Virus record (IMG/VR): IMGVR_UViG_3300025383_000020
From: an uncultured virus (IMG/VR IMGVR_UViG_3300025383_000020)
Taxonomy: Duplodnaviria > Heunggongvirae > Uroviricota > Caudoviricetes
Length of the DNA stretch: 20,000 bases
Strand: one strand, 5' to 3'
The position numbers and the translations under genes are program-made. The notes beneath the pieces were generated by a model. It was not told where the DNA came from. It made no database searches and saw nothing but the letters and a program-made list of their open reading frames with translations. Of the stretch, positions 1-8,697 are shown in pieces (within the stretch, counting starts at the first letter, position 1; every line of letters begins with the position of its first letter).

Positions 1-963
1 TTTCTTAAGTCCACCTTCTGGAAGCTTAATGTCTCCAGTAGCTGCAGATGTTCCGCCTACTGCCTTTAAGAATAGATCAGTGTTGAAGTCGGCAGGTAGA
101 GGTGCAGTCTCCTGTTCGTAGAGACGGCTCTCGTTTTTAGCAACTGCAGGACTTTCTGCCGCTTTTGCTGGAGTGCCTAACGTAAGCATTTTATCAACTA
201 CATTCTGGTCAATCGACTCAACCGGATCGCCATATTCGTCTTTGATGCTGAATCCGGCAATAATTCCTTTGACGAAATTCGCAGAAGCGTCGCCAAGAGT
301 TCCAGCTTTAAGTTCAGCCTTTACTTTTGCAAATATCGGATTTGAGCTCAGTTTAGGGTCTTTCAATAGTGCAAAATACGCCTTCTTGATTGGAGAAAAT
401 GCAGGATCCTTTGAAGTCACTTTAGCAATATTATTTAGAGCGATTGGAGTAGTGATTTTTACTGGAGCTTGCGATACGCTTGCTTTTCCAGTAGCCGATG
501 CATTTGCGGTAGATACAGTTTGAGTAAGGATGCTCGCTTTTGCTGAATCTGTCACTAGGCTCTTAACTTCTTCCTGGGTAATAATTGTACGATCTGCAGG
601 TAGGCCTGGGGCTTCTGATCTTGGCGATATGGTGAACGTTATTAGCTGCTTGTTCGCGTTATCCTTGTCGACATGGTATATCACAAAGTTATTCTTAAGA
701 TCCCCTAGACCAGGATAGTATGGAAGCCACTTTGGCTGATTTTTTATCCAAGTAAGTATGCTGTTCCACCCGTTTTGAGTGATTTTACCAGTTGCCTCAT
801 CGATTACTCTAAGATCGTGAACTATCTTGATTTTAAAGCTTTTTTCGTCAACTGGAATACCTACGACCTTTTGACCGAATCCTGCAGTCTGTTTTGTTCT
901 GCCTGGAAATTCAGCTTCGTTTAATACTTTCCATTTTGAAAAGTCCGATACTATGTGATTCAT
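1..963 (-). CDS. Putative virion/internal head protein, partial (runs off left edge; absent from the ORF track)
   Basis: Open frame from ATG at 963 to the window edge: MNHIVSDFSKWKVLNEAEFPGRTKQ...DIKLPEGGLKK. The leader ends in L-N-E like neighbouring late genes, and a GATAAATA box lies at 983-990. Confidence 0.8.
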   Translation of the reverse strand, partial: MNHIVSDFSKWKVLNEAEFPGRTKQTAGFGQKVVGIPVDEKSFKIKIVHDLRVIDEATGKITQNGWNSILTWIKNQPKWLPYYPGLGDLKNNFVIYHVDKDNANKQLITFTISPRSEAPGLPADRTIITQEEVKSLVTDSAKASILTQTVSTANASATGKASVSQAPVKITTPIALNNIAKVTSKDPAFSPIKKAYFALLKDPKLSSNPIFAKVKAELKAGTLGDASANFVKGIIAGFSIKDEYGDPVESIDQNVVDKMLTLGTPAKAAESPAVAKNESRLYEQETAPLPADFNTDLFLKAVGGTSAATGDIKLPEGGLKK

Positions 964-982
964 TATTCGAAATTCTTTTTTT

Positions 983-990
983 TATTTATC
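983..990 (-). promoter_or_regulatory. Putative late promoter GATAAATA (T4 TATAAATA-like)
   Basis: The same octamer sits shortly upstream of many minus-strand starts: 983, 3400, 6527, 6760, 7374, 7973, 8695, 9456, 10604, 12086. Variants occur at ~2219-2230 and ~11158. Confidence 0.65.
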
Positions 991-1045
991 TTTAATGTAG
1001 GGCCCAATTGTAGTACTTTAATTATACACCATTAAACTTAAAATC

Positions 1046-1618
1046 ATGAAAAAGTTAATTGCAATAGCATTCTTTGCGGTAACTATAACAGTTCATGCAC
1101 AAACAAAGCTTGATACTCTAATATTCAATAAAGTAAATGAATATCGCGCTGAAAATTGCTTGTCTTCACTAAAATGGTCAGAATCAGCTACTTGTGTTGC
1201 ACAAAACCAGGTAGAATATTGCTATCGTATAAAATATATTTTTCACTATCAGACGGATAGCTCAGTAAACGATTCAAGTTTTAAAATTGAACCAAACTTT
1301 CAAAAAAGATTCAAGCAGGGAGGAGTTAACATATCCGGTAAAACCTGGACGATTGCTGAGAATCTTTTAGTATATGTAGATACTACTGATAATTATACTG
1401 AAAGTCTTGAGAAAGTTGCAAATGAGACTATTTCTGGATGGAAAGAGTCGCCTGAACACAATGCAATGATGCTGAGAATCGACCTTGAATATGCAGCAGT
1501 CGCTCACACGATCGGCAAAGAATTCGTAAAACGTTGGTTTGATCCAATAATGTTTGAAGACTACGAAACAATATTTCAAGGAAAAGCTTATTATATTGCG
1601 TTAGACGCGTATAGATGA
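1046..1618 (+). CDS. Secreted CAP/SCP (YkwD-like) domain protein, copy 1
   Basis: Sec signal MKKLIAIAFFAVTITVHA; CAP hallmarks NEYR...LKWS, H, AENL, WKESPEHNAMML. Confidence 0.85.
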   Translation: MKKLIAIAFFAVTITVHAQTKLDTLIFNKVNEYRAENCLSSLKWSESATCVAQNQVEYCYRIKYIFHYQTDSSVNDSSFKIEPNFQKRFKQGGVNISGKTWTIAENLLVYVDTTDNYTESLEKVANETISGWKESPEHNAMMLRIDLEYAAVAHTIGKEFVKRWFDPIMFEDYETIFQGKAYYIALDAYR

Positions 1619-2203
1619 TTAAGGTATCTTTTGAGTATCAACTCCAGTATTTATGTCAGTCTGAGTATTGACCACTGCTGCCTTAACTTTAGGTTCACTT
1701 GAATTTCCAACTTCACGTAAAGAGCCAACTGTCTTATTTAGATCTTCTGGATGCGCCTTCATTTTATCAATTCCATAGTCAATCAATGCGTGAGAAGTAT
1801 GAATTCCAAATACTCCATCGTTAAACGCTCTGGTTTTACCGATACGAGTAGTATATGTCTTGTATTTGGTGTCACTCATTAAAAACTCTTGAAACTTCTT
1901 GATGTCAGGATTTCCATCTTTTCCCTTTTGATTATATCCCTTGTTTGTAAAGAATTGAATTGCCGAATTAAGTTGATCATTTGTTAATTTGGAAAGTGCA
2001 TCAATATATTGGGCGACAGTCATTTTAGAAACAGCAGCTGATCCTCCAAGTAAAGTAGGCAAAAACTCAGAATTAAACATCATCAGAAAGTTCGCTATTT
2101 CTGGATCAAGAGATGGCGCTTTTACTGGAAGGGGTGTAATTGTTTGTTTAGGCTTAGCCTTTTGTTCATTTATTGCCTTCCATCTTGAGAAATTTAAAAT
2201 CAT
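1619..2203 (-). CDS. Putative virion protein with PG_binding_1-like motif, copy 1
   Basis: Leader MILNFSRWKAINE; motif IKKFQEFL...DGVFGIHTSHAL resembles the peptidoglycan-binding three-helix domain; paralog of 2840-3382. Confidence 0.6.
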   Translation of the reverse strand: MILNFSRWKAINEQKAKPKQTITPLPVKAPSLDPEIANFLMMFNSEFLPTLLGGSAAVSKMTVAQYIDALSKLTNDQLNSAIQFFTNKGYNQKGKDGNPDIKKFQEFLMSDTKYKTYTTRIGKTRAFNDGVFGIHTSHALIDYGIDKMKAHPEDLNKTVGSLREVGNSSEPKVKAAVVNTQTDINTGVDTQKIP

Positions 2204-2279
2204 CGTGAAACTTTTTATTATTTATTTAATAAGTAACGATATTGTAGTATTTTAATTATACACCATTAAACCTAAAATC

Positions 2280-2843
2280 ATGAAAAAGTTAATTGCAATA
2301 GCATTCTTTGCGGTAACTATCTCAGCAAACGCACAGACTCACCTTGACACTTTGATCTTCAATAAAGTCAATGAGTATCGCGCTAAAAAAGGAATAAAGC
2401 CGCTTTTCTGGAGTGATCAAGGCTATCGAGTAGCAAAAAACCAAGCACAATATATAAAGCTGCTTAAAGCAGTAATCCACGATCAAATAGATAGTGTAAG
2501 TCCGACTTTTAAATTGGAACCAAATTTTGTTAAGCGTTTTTCAAGACAGGGAATTTGCGTAACTGATACTAACTCATACGAAGCTGAAAATCTTGTAGCG
2601 GTCGGAGACACTGTTGCCTTTGTGAGCGATGAGGAAGTCGCAAACCGTGCGATTAACTCTTGGAAGAATTCACCGGCACATAATTCAATGATGCTTATGA
2701 AAGAAGTAACGTTCGCTGGTGTTGCGAACGTTATTGGAAGTGAATTATATGATGTCGCTGGAATAGATCCGGCAACTTTGGAAGAAACAATTATTCAAGT
2801 AAAAGGATATGTTTACTTTATTGCGCTAGACGCTCACAATTAA
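2280..2843 (+). CDS. Secreted CAP/SCP domain protein, copy 2
   Basis: Near-identical signal peptide to copy 1; NEYR, AENL, WKNSPAHNSMML. Confidence 0.85.
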   Translation: MKKLIAIAFFAVTISANAQTHLDTLIFNKVNEYRAKKGIKPLFWSDQGYRVAKNQAQYIKLLKAVIHDQIDSVSPTFKLEPNFVKRFSRQGICVTDTNSYEAENLVAVGDTVAFVSDEEVANRAINSWKNSPAHNSMMLMKEVTFAGVANVIGSELYDVAGIDPATLEETIIQVKGYVYFIALDAHN

Positions 2844-3382
2844 GGAACATATTGAGTTCCGGTTCCAGTCTTAACATCAGAAGGAGTAGCGACCTTTGCC
2901 GCTGGCACGTTTTGACCTGGTTCTTGATGAATTTGCGCAGCAGTTGCAGTAGTAGCTCCTACCGTCTTATTTTGGTCTGATGCGTGACTGTATTTTATTA
3001 TTCTATACTGAACTAACGCATTTGCAGTAGCTCTACCGAGTTTACCATCATCGAATTTTTCAGTCTTATCTTCAGCAGTAGTGAAAGTTTTAATTTCAGT
3101 CTTTGACATAAGGTATTGCTGAAGCTTAGTGATTGCTTCATTTGGCTGTTTATATCCTTTATCTGTAAAGAACTGTATTGCTCCGTTAAACGAATCGAGA
3201 GTTAGAGTTTTTAGCTTTGCAATATAGTCAGCAATTGTCATATTTGTTGGATCTCCAGTAAGAGTCGGAAGATATTCAGTATTAAATATCTCAAATACCT
3301 TTTTTGCTTCTGGATCCATTGCTGAAACTTCATGGGTAACTTGCTCGTGTAAAGCGCTCCATTTCTTAAAATTTAAAATCAT
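2840..3382 (-). CDS. Putative virion protein with PG_binding_1-like motif, copy 2
   Basis: Leader MILNFKKWSALHE; ITKLQQYL...DDGKLGRATANAL; shares F-NxE-[FY]-LPTL and AIQFFTxKGY with 1619-2203; GATAAATA at 3400-3407. Confidence 0.6.
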   Translation of the reverse strand: MILNFKKWSALHEQVTHEVSAMDPEAKKVFEIFNTEYLPTLTGDPTNMTIADYIAKLKTLTLDSFNGAIQFFTDKGYKQPNEAITKLQQYLMSKTEIKTFTTAEDKTEKFDDGKLGRATANALVQYRIIKYSHASDQNKTVGATTATAAQIHQEPGQNVPAAKVATPSDVKTGTGTQYVP

Positions 3383-3413
3383 TTCTGAAAGTTTTTTATT
3401 ATTTATCTAGTGA

Positions 3414-4133
3414 TTAAGGCAAACGCTCAAATATCTTATCAGCAAAGCCTAAATCTATCGTTTCTTCAGGCGAAAGTATTGTGTCATAATTTAAAAGATT
3501 GGCCAAATGCAGGCGAAGCTGTTCCCTTTTTTCCTCTGCTTTTTCTGAGAAAGTTATCTTTGCCTCTGGTAGTATTGACTTTATCTCAAAGGTCTTTTGT
3601 TTGGCCAGGATCCTCGATATTGCACCTGCAAGGTGACCGCCCCCTTCCTTTTCCTCTTTCTCAAGCATTGAATCAAGATAGATGTTCTCCATGATCCAGT
3701 TGTTTCTCTTGGACTCGTCTGCCCACTTTTCAAAGATCTTGGTGTGTCCAGCGATACCGTCAGTGCCGTAGTGTATCATGAATCTTGAATTGGGCATCAT
3801 TATTCTCTCATCTGCCGCCTGCAGTATTACGCTACCCATGCTCATGGCATAGCCGTAGACTTTTATGGTGATGTGACAGTTTGAATATTTAATAGCGTCG
3901 TAGATCGCCATTCCGTGGTACCAGTCACCTCCTGGATTATTCATTATGACGGTTATAGGTTTCTTATTCTTGGATTCAAGGACGTGCATGCCTTTGATGA
4001 AACACTCAGTCATGTTGTGATCGACTCCGCCTTCGCTTCCGTCTTCGTGAGTGTGCATGCTTCCCATGTAAATCATTCTCGATTGGAGATCGAGGTTTAA
4101 TGAAAACCATTTTTCTACGTCTCTAACAATCAT
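3414..4133 (-). CDS. clpP: ClpP-family (S14) protease with large internal insertion
   Basis: NNPGGD..GMAIYDAI, catalytic Ser in AMSMGS, His in FMIHY, Asp in YDTILSPEE..LGFAD. Confidence 0.9.
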   Translation of the reverse strand: MIVRDVEKWFSLNLDLQSRMIYMGSMHTHEDGSEGGVDHNMTECFIKGMHVLESKNKKPITVIMNNPGGDWYHGMAIYDAIKYSNCHITIKVYGYAMSMGSVILQAADERIMMPNSRFMIHYGTDGIAGHTKIFEKWADESKRNNWIMENIYLDSMLEKEEKEGGGHLAGAISRILAKQKTFEIKSILPEAKITFSEKAEEKREQLRLHLANLLNYDTILSPEETIDLGFADKIFERLP

Positions 4134-4224
4134 TGAAATGAATTTATTTGAAGTGCTCTATACTATATTATTTATTTCAAATCGATTTTAAAAATTGCTT
4201 CTATTTTGAGTATTAGTTTCAAAC

Positions 4225-5103
4225 ATGATGAAACACATACAAATATCAGCTGACCGAAAACTAAATAAGCTGAAGGGTACTAACACCTATTTTAATGAGA
4301 TTGACCGAATCAAGAGATTAACTATCGACCAGGAAGTTGACCTGGCAACCAGAGCAAAAGCCGGCGACAAGGCCGCGATGGACAAGCTGATCGAGGCAAA
4401 CCTCAAGTTCGTGGTGTCAGTAGCAAAAAATTACACATCAGATCCAGTCCTAGTGCAGGAGCTCATTGCCCAAGGCAATATCGGAATTATCCGTGCAGCG
4501 CAAAAATTTGATCCTACTCGCGGATTCAAGTTCATAACGTATGCAGTTTTCTGGATTCGTAACGAGATTCTTGAATACTACCTAAAGTACAATAGAGTGG
4601 TTCACCTGCCGTTGCACGTCGAAAACGACCTTAGAAAGGTAAAAAGGGTGCAGGCAAAGCTTGAACAAAAGTTTGATCGAACCCCTACCTTAAACGAAAT
4701 CGAAGATGAGCTAATCAAAATAGGAGAGCCGATTGATCTGGACAAGCTTAGACTCATACTTGAAGTAAAGGATCATGCCGTGCCCCTAGTGACTGACGAC
4801 CCTGAGTCATACGATCCAATCGAGTGGATAGAGGTCAAGTCAGAGACTGAAGTGACGATGCAACAGCTTGAATTTAGGGAAAAGATCGACGAGATACTTG
4901 AGGTACTCAGCCCAGACGAGAGGTCAATTGTGAGAAAGAGGCATGGATTTGACGGGTACGGCCCAATGGAATTTGAAGCGATTGGGATCCAGCACGGAAA
5001 AGGCACAGGTTGGGCAAGTCAGAGATATGCGATAGCGATGCGAAAAATGAGGGCTAAGCTCCACTTGATAAATTCATCAGAAGAGATCACTTTTTCTCTA
5101 TAA
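4225..5103 (+). CDS. Sigma-70 family RNA polymerase sigma factor (short RpoD/SigA-like, regions 1.2-4)
   Basis: ANLKFVVSVAKNY, LIAQGNIGIIRAAQKFDPTRGFKFITYAVFWIR, region 3 RTPTLNEI, region 4 LSPDERSIVRKRHG; no region 1.1. Confidence 0.92.
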   Translation: MMKHIQISADRKLNKLKGTNTYFNEIDRIKRLTIDQEVDLATRAKAGDKAAMDKLIEANLKFVVSVAKNYTSDPVLVQELIAQGNIGIIRAAQKFDPTRGFKFITYAVFWIRNEILEYYLKYNRVVHLPLHVENDLRKVKRVQAKLEQKFDRTPTLNEIEDELIKIGEPIDLDKLRLILEVKDHAVPLVTDDPESYDPIEWIEVKSETEVTMQQLEFREKIDEILEVLSPDERSIVRKRHGFDGYGPMEFEAIGIQHGKGTGWASQRYAIAMRKMRAKLHLINSSEEITFSL

Positions 5104-5680
5104 GGTAATCTTCAAACTTTGAGCTTTTTGGCTTGGTGTTAGTAAAGTAGTATTTCTCCTCGTGCTCTGCATAGTGTAGAGTCTTCCAAAAACCAGTAGG
5201 GATCCTGGCCCCGCTTTGCACCTTCTTTGCTGGGCCGCTAAAATCAACATCGATCCTGACCATCACTGGGTACTGTTGAGCAAGCTTACGCTCGTGATCC
5301 TCAAGAAACCTCCACGTTCCACGATTTAAGTTCTCCTGCTGTAGCGCGCAGTTCGCATAGGAAAAGGTCGCAATGAGAGCTAGCGAGTCGCAGTCAAAGT
5401 CTGCAGCTGGCGCCATGTGTCCCTTGTCCCACTCGTTATCCGCATAGTCTTTATTGCCAGTAGTTATGAGCCCGGGCTCAGGTTTAAAATCAAGCCCCTT
5501 GCGTGAGTATTTGGATTCGGTGCATAACACTTCATACTCTACCCAAACAGGCTCCCTAAATTCCTCTGAGTAACCGACCGTGTAGTGCGGTTTCTGGACT
5601 ATCTTTATTTTAGTAGAGGGTTGGGTTGCAGCCACTGTAAAAACAAAGAGGGTAAGCAATAGGACTCTTAACTTAAGCAT
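5087..5680 (-). CDS. Secreted DNA/RNA non-specific endonuclease (NucA/Serratia type)
   Basis: Signal peptide; WDKGHMAPAAD, NCALQQENLNRGTWRFLE, IPTGFWK motifs. Confidence 0.92.
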   Translation of the reverse strand: MLKLRVLLLTLFVFTVAATQPSTKIKIVQKPHYTVGYSEEFREPVWVEYEVLCTESKYSRKGLDFKPEPGLITTGNKDYADNEWDKGHMAPAADFDCDSLALIATFSYANCALQQENLNRGTWRFLEDHERKLAQQYPVMVRIDVDFSGPAKKVQSGARIPTGFWKTLHYAEHEEKYYFTNTKPKSSKFEDYLIEKK

Positions 5681-5700
5681 GGGATAAGATTCTTTTTATT

Positions 5701-6507
5701 TTAGAGATCCCAGTCAGTGCTTGCAGCTACTGTGAGGTATTGTGTTCCGTCAAACTTGATGCTACCGCCTGCACCACCGAACGGGTCGTCTGCATCCCAT
5801 ACTGCAGAGTTCACATTAGTGACCGTTCTTGCATGGGAACTGGAATCAGTAAGCAAGTGACCGGAATCCGTCGCAAGGAGCAGCAGCTTGGTTTCAGGCA
5901 GGGCAGTTAGCGGTGCAGTAGGTGTAGTAAAAGGTTCAGTGTAGATACATTTTGCAGTCCATCTAAAGTTAGTGATCTTTCCGTCTACTAGACTATCGAG
6001 GCCTCCGTCTTTTGGTTCTGCGCCAATGTATAAGGTATTACCACCGCTTGGTATCGCGTCATTATAGGTCGCGTCAGATCCAATCTGTGAACCATTAACG
6101 TAGAGTCGTAGTAGTCCGTTATTACGAGTCGCTGCTATGTGGTACCAGTTAGTTGTATTAAAGCTGACTGTTCCATCGACCCGATTGGTTTCATTAGACC
6201 ACCAGTATGCGTGGTGTCCGCCGTTCTCTATGCTGATCGCGTTAGGCGCTGGGTAAGTTCCTAGCGAGTAAGGACGTGGGTGTGATGTAGGGTTGCTCCA
6301 ACTTGCGGCCTTGATAAAAAATTCAATAGTAAAGTCGACTCCGGCAACGTGTGGTGGAGTCCTCTGTAGCTTGCTGCCGCCAGCTGCGCCGGGTGCCTGA
6401 CCTGCTCTGGCCATTCGCACTGCCTGTTCGTATATAGCATCGAGCTCAAATCTCTGATTTATTGATCTTTGTTCGGGAGTCTGGTGTCCCCAATTGATAA
6501 ATGACAT
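5701..6507 (-). CDS. LamG/concanavalin-like (Laminin_G_3) domain protein, probable virion/tail-associated
   Basis: DFTIEFFIK, WYHIAATR..LRLYVNG, LYIG, GKITNFR, TKLLL, GSIKFDG; GATAAATA at 6527-6534. Confidence 0.85.
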   Translation of the reverse strand: MSFINWGHQTPEQRSINQRFELDAIYEQAVRMARAGQAPGAAGGSKLQRTPPHVAGVDFTIEFFIKAASWSNPTSHPRPYSLGTYPAPNAISIENGGHHAYWWSNETNRVDGTVSFNTTNWYHIAATRNNGLLRLYVNGSQIGSDATYNDAIPSGGNTLYIGAEPKDGGLDSLVDGKITNFRWTAKCIYTEPFTTPTAPLTALPETKLLLLATDSGHLLTDSSSHARTVTNVNSAVWDADDPFGGAGGSIKFDGTQYLTVAASTDWDL

Positions 6508-6553
6508 GATTAAAGTGTGTTTTAGTTATTTATCAATGGTGCCTAAAAATCTC

Positions 6554-6754
6554 TTAGCTCTTTAGGTATTCTATTTTTGCTGGATCGAAGTCGACGAGTC
6601 CGTTCGGCTCGTATGGAAAGTCGCCGACTGATTTTTTAACTAGTGCGTCAACTGGGTGTGACACCTTTGGAATGGGCAGGGGACCCACTGGGACGTCCCT
6701 TTTTGGAAGGTCGTTAGTCTTTATTAGCTTTCCGGAAAATACGCCAGGCATCAT
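6554..6754 (-). CDS. Small Pro-rich hypothetical protein (late)
   Basis: 66-aa ORF filling the gap, immediately downstream of GATAAATA at 6760-6767. Confidence 0.6.
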   Translation of the reverse strand: MMPGVFSGKLIKTNDLPKRDVPVGPLPIPKVSHPVDALVKKSVGDFPYEPNGLVDFDPAKIEYLKS

Positions 6755-6762
6755 AGGATTAT

Positions 6763-7368
6763 TTATCGCCAGTCAAACTTGAGAAAGTCGGCAAGATTAT
6801 TCGGATAGTTCGGGTGATTTAGGGCAGCGTAACTCACATAAGAGTCTGGGTCCTTTGCAAGCTGGACTAGGATCTCGCCTGGAGAGTTAGGATTCCCAGC
6901 GACCAGGAGACGTACGTCAGCCAATCGGTCCCCTGCAAGCTGGGCTAGGGTCGATTGTTCCGCGTTCTGGTGATTGGCAACCACCAATCTTACATCAAAG
7001 TCAGCGTCCTTTGCCAGGAGGCCCAGCACCTCGCCTGGAGAGTTAGGATTCTTGGCGACCATTATTCGAACAAGGTCGGACGGATCCTCTGCAAGCTGGA
7101 TTAGAGACTCGACTGGAGCGTTAGGGTTCTGAGCGACTCTTACTCGTACCTGAAGGTCAAAGTCAGTTGCCAGCACGGCAAGGACTTTCTTTGGTGTGTT
7201 CTGGTGATTCGCGACGCCTGATCTTATATCAGGATTTGAGTCTGCTGCAAGCTCGACAAGAGTCTTCGCTGGAGTGTTAGGATTCCTCACAAGAGCATTG
7301 AGATCATCTACCGGATTCACATTTGATTCGAGCAAAAATTGGGAATATGATTTGATATGCATCTGCAT
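6763..7368 (-). CDS. LRV/HEAT-like repeat protein, paralog 1 (5 full 26-aa repeats + cap)
   Basis: Repeat LAxDxxxxVRxxVAxNPNxPxExLxx; leader MQMHIKSYSQFLLE; tail HPNYPNNLADFLKFDWR. Confidence 0.9.
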   Translation of the reverse strand: MQMHIKSYSQFLLESNVNPVDDLNALVRNPNTPAKTLVELAADSNPDIRSGVANHQNTPKKVLAVLATDFDLQVRVRVAQNPNAPVESLIQLAEDPSDLVRIMVAKNPNSPGEVLGLLAKDADFDVRLVVANHQNAEQSTLAQLAGDRLADVRLLVAGNPNSPGEILVQLAKDPDSYVSYAALNHPNYPNNLADFLKFDWR

Positions 7369-7376
7369 AGAGTTAT

Positions 7377-7967
7377 TTATCGCCAGTCAAACTTAAGCCA
7401 GTCAGCTAGATTATTAGGATAGTTCGGGTGTTCTTGAGCCGCCTGGCTCACTTTAGGCTGTAAATCCTTTGCTAGCTGAAGTAGGGTCTCGATAGGCACG
7501 TTAGGATTCTGGGCGACTCCCTTTCGTACACTCCATATAGCGTCCTTTGCTAGCTGAAGTAGCGTCTCGTCTGAAGTGTTAGAGTTACTGGCAACGTGCC
7601 ATCTCACATAAGAGTCTGGGTCCTGTGACAGGAGGGCAAGGGTCTCCGATGACGTGTTGGGATTTTCAGCTATAGCCACTCTCACTCTAGTGTCCTTTTC
7701 CTTTGAGAGCTGAAGTAGAGCCTCAGCTGGAGTTTTCGGGTTCCGGGCGACACATCGTCTCACTTTAATTTCAGGGTCCGCTGCAAGCTGGGCTAGAGCC
7801 TCAGCCGGAGCGTTCGGGTTCCAGACGACTTCTAGTCGTACCTCCAACTCAGGGTCCTGTGAAAGTTTCATTAGGACATCGGCTGGAGCATTAGGGTCCC
7901 TGGCTAGTGCCCGGTCCGAGTCATATTTCTCTAGTAGTAAACTTGAGTAAGGTTTAACGTACTTCAT
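7377..7967 (-). CDS. LRV/HEAT-like repeat protein, paralog 2 (5 repeats + cap)
   Basis: Same repeat; leader MKYVKPYSSLLLE; tail HPNYPNNLADWLKFDWR. Confidence 0.9.
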   Translation of the reverse strand: MKYVKPYSSLLLEKYDSDRALARDPNAPADVLMKLSQDPELEVRLEVVWNPNAPAEALAQLAADPEIKVRRCVARNPKTPAEALLQLSKEKDTRVRVAIAENPNTSSETLALLSQDPDSYVRWHVASNSNTSDETLLQLAKDAIWSVRKGVAQNPNVPIETLLQLAKDLQPKVSQAAQEHPNYPNNLADWLKFDWR

Positions 7968-7975
7968 AGAATTAT

Positions 7976-8686
7976 TTATCGCCAGTCGAACTTGAGAAAA
8001 TCCGCTAGATTATTAGGATAGTTCGGGTGGTTTTGAGCCAAGTGTCTCACAACAGAGTCTGGGTCCTTTGCCAACTGGAGTAGAGACTCGATAGGCGCGT
8101 TAGGGTTCCCGGAGACTGCAATTCTTATAGAACGATCTGAGTTCTGTGAAAGTTTCGCTAGGATCTCCACTGGAGTATTAGGATTCTCGGCGACCATAAA
8201 ACGCACGTCACTGTCGGCATCCCGTGTAAGGTCCACTAGGGTCTCGGCCGGAGTGTTCGGGTTATTGGCTACGCCCTGTCTCACTTCATCGTCTTCATCC
8301 TCTGCAAGTTTCACTAGGGTCTCGGCCGGAGTGTTCGGGTTTTCAGCGACTCTAAATCTCACTTTATAGTCTCCATCCTCTGCAAGTTCCACTAGGGTCT
8401 CGGAAGGGAGCTTGGGACTCTCGGCGACCTTTCTTACGACATCGGGGTCGGAGTCTCGTAAAAGTTTGACAAGGGTCCTGGGTTCAGTTGCTGGGTGCTT
8501 GGCGACCAACCAGCGAATCAAGGCCATGGGGCTGCTGGCCAGGTGGTGTAGGTCCTCGGCATCCACTCTTGGCGAATTGATAAACTCACGGATCTTGCCG
8601 AGCTCTTCGTCAGTTGGATTAGTGATATTGAACTCAAGGCGAGACTCAAGCAAAAATTGTGAATATGATTTGACGTGTAGCTTCAT
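7976..8686 (-). CDS. LRV/HEAT-like repeat protein, paralog 3 (6 repeats + cap)
   Basis: Same repeat; leader MKLHVKSYSQFLLE; same tail. Confidence 0.9.
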   Translation of the reverse strand: MKLHVKSYSQFLLESRLEFNITNPTDEELGKIREFINSPRVDAEDLHHLASSPMALIRWLVAKHPATEPRTLVKLLRDSDPDVVRKVAESPKLPSETLVELAEDGDYKVRFRVAENPNTPAETLVKLAEDEDDEVRQGVANNPNTPAETLVDLTRDADSDVRFMVAENPNTPVEILAKLSQNSDRSIRIAVSGNPNAPIESLLQLAKDPDSVVRHLAQNHPNYPNNLADFLKFDWR

Positions 8687-8697
8687 ATAAGATATAT

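Noticed and set aside
173..718. Plus-strand ORFs 173-523 and 530-718
   Set aside because: Shadows of the long minus-strand gene 1-963, which has a leader and a promoter.
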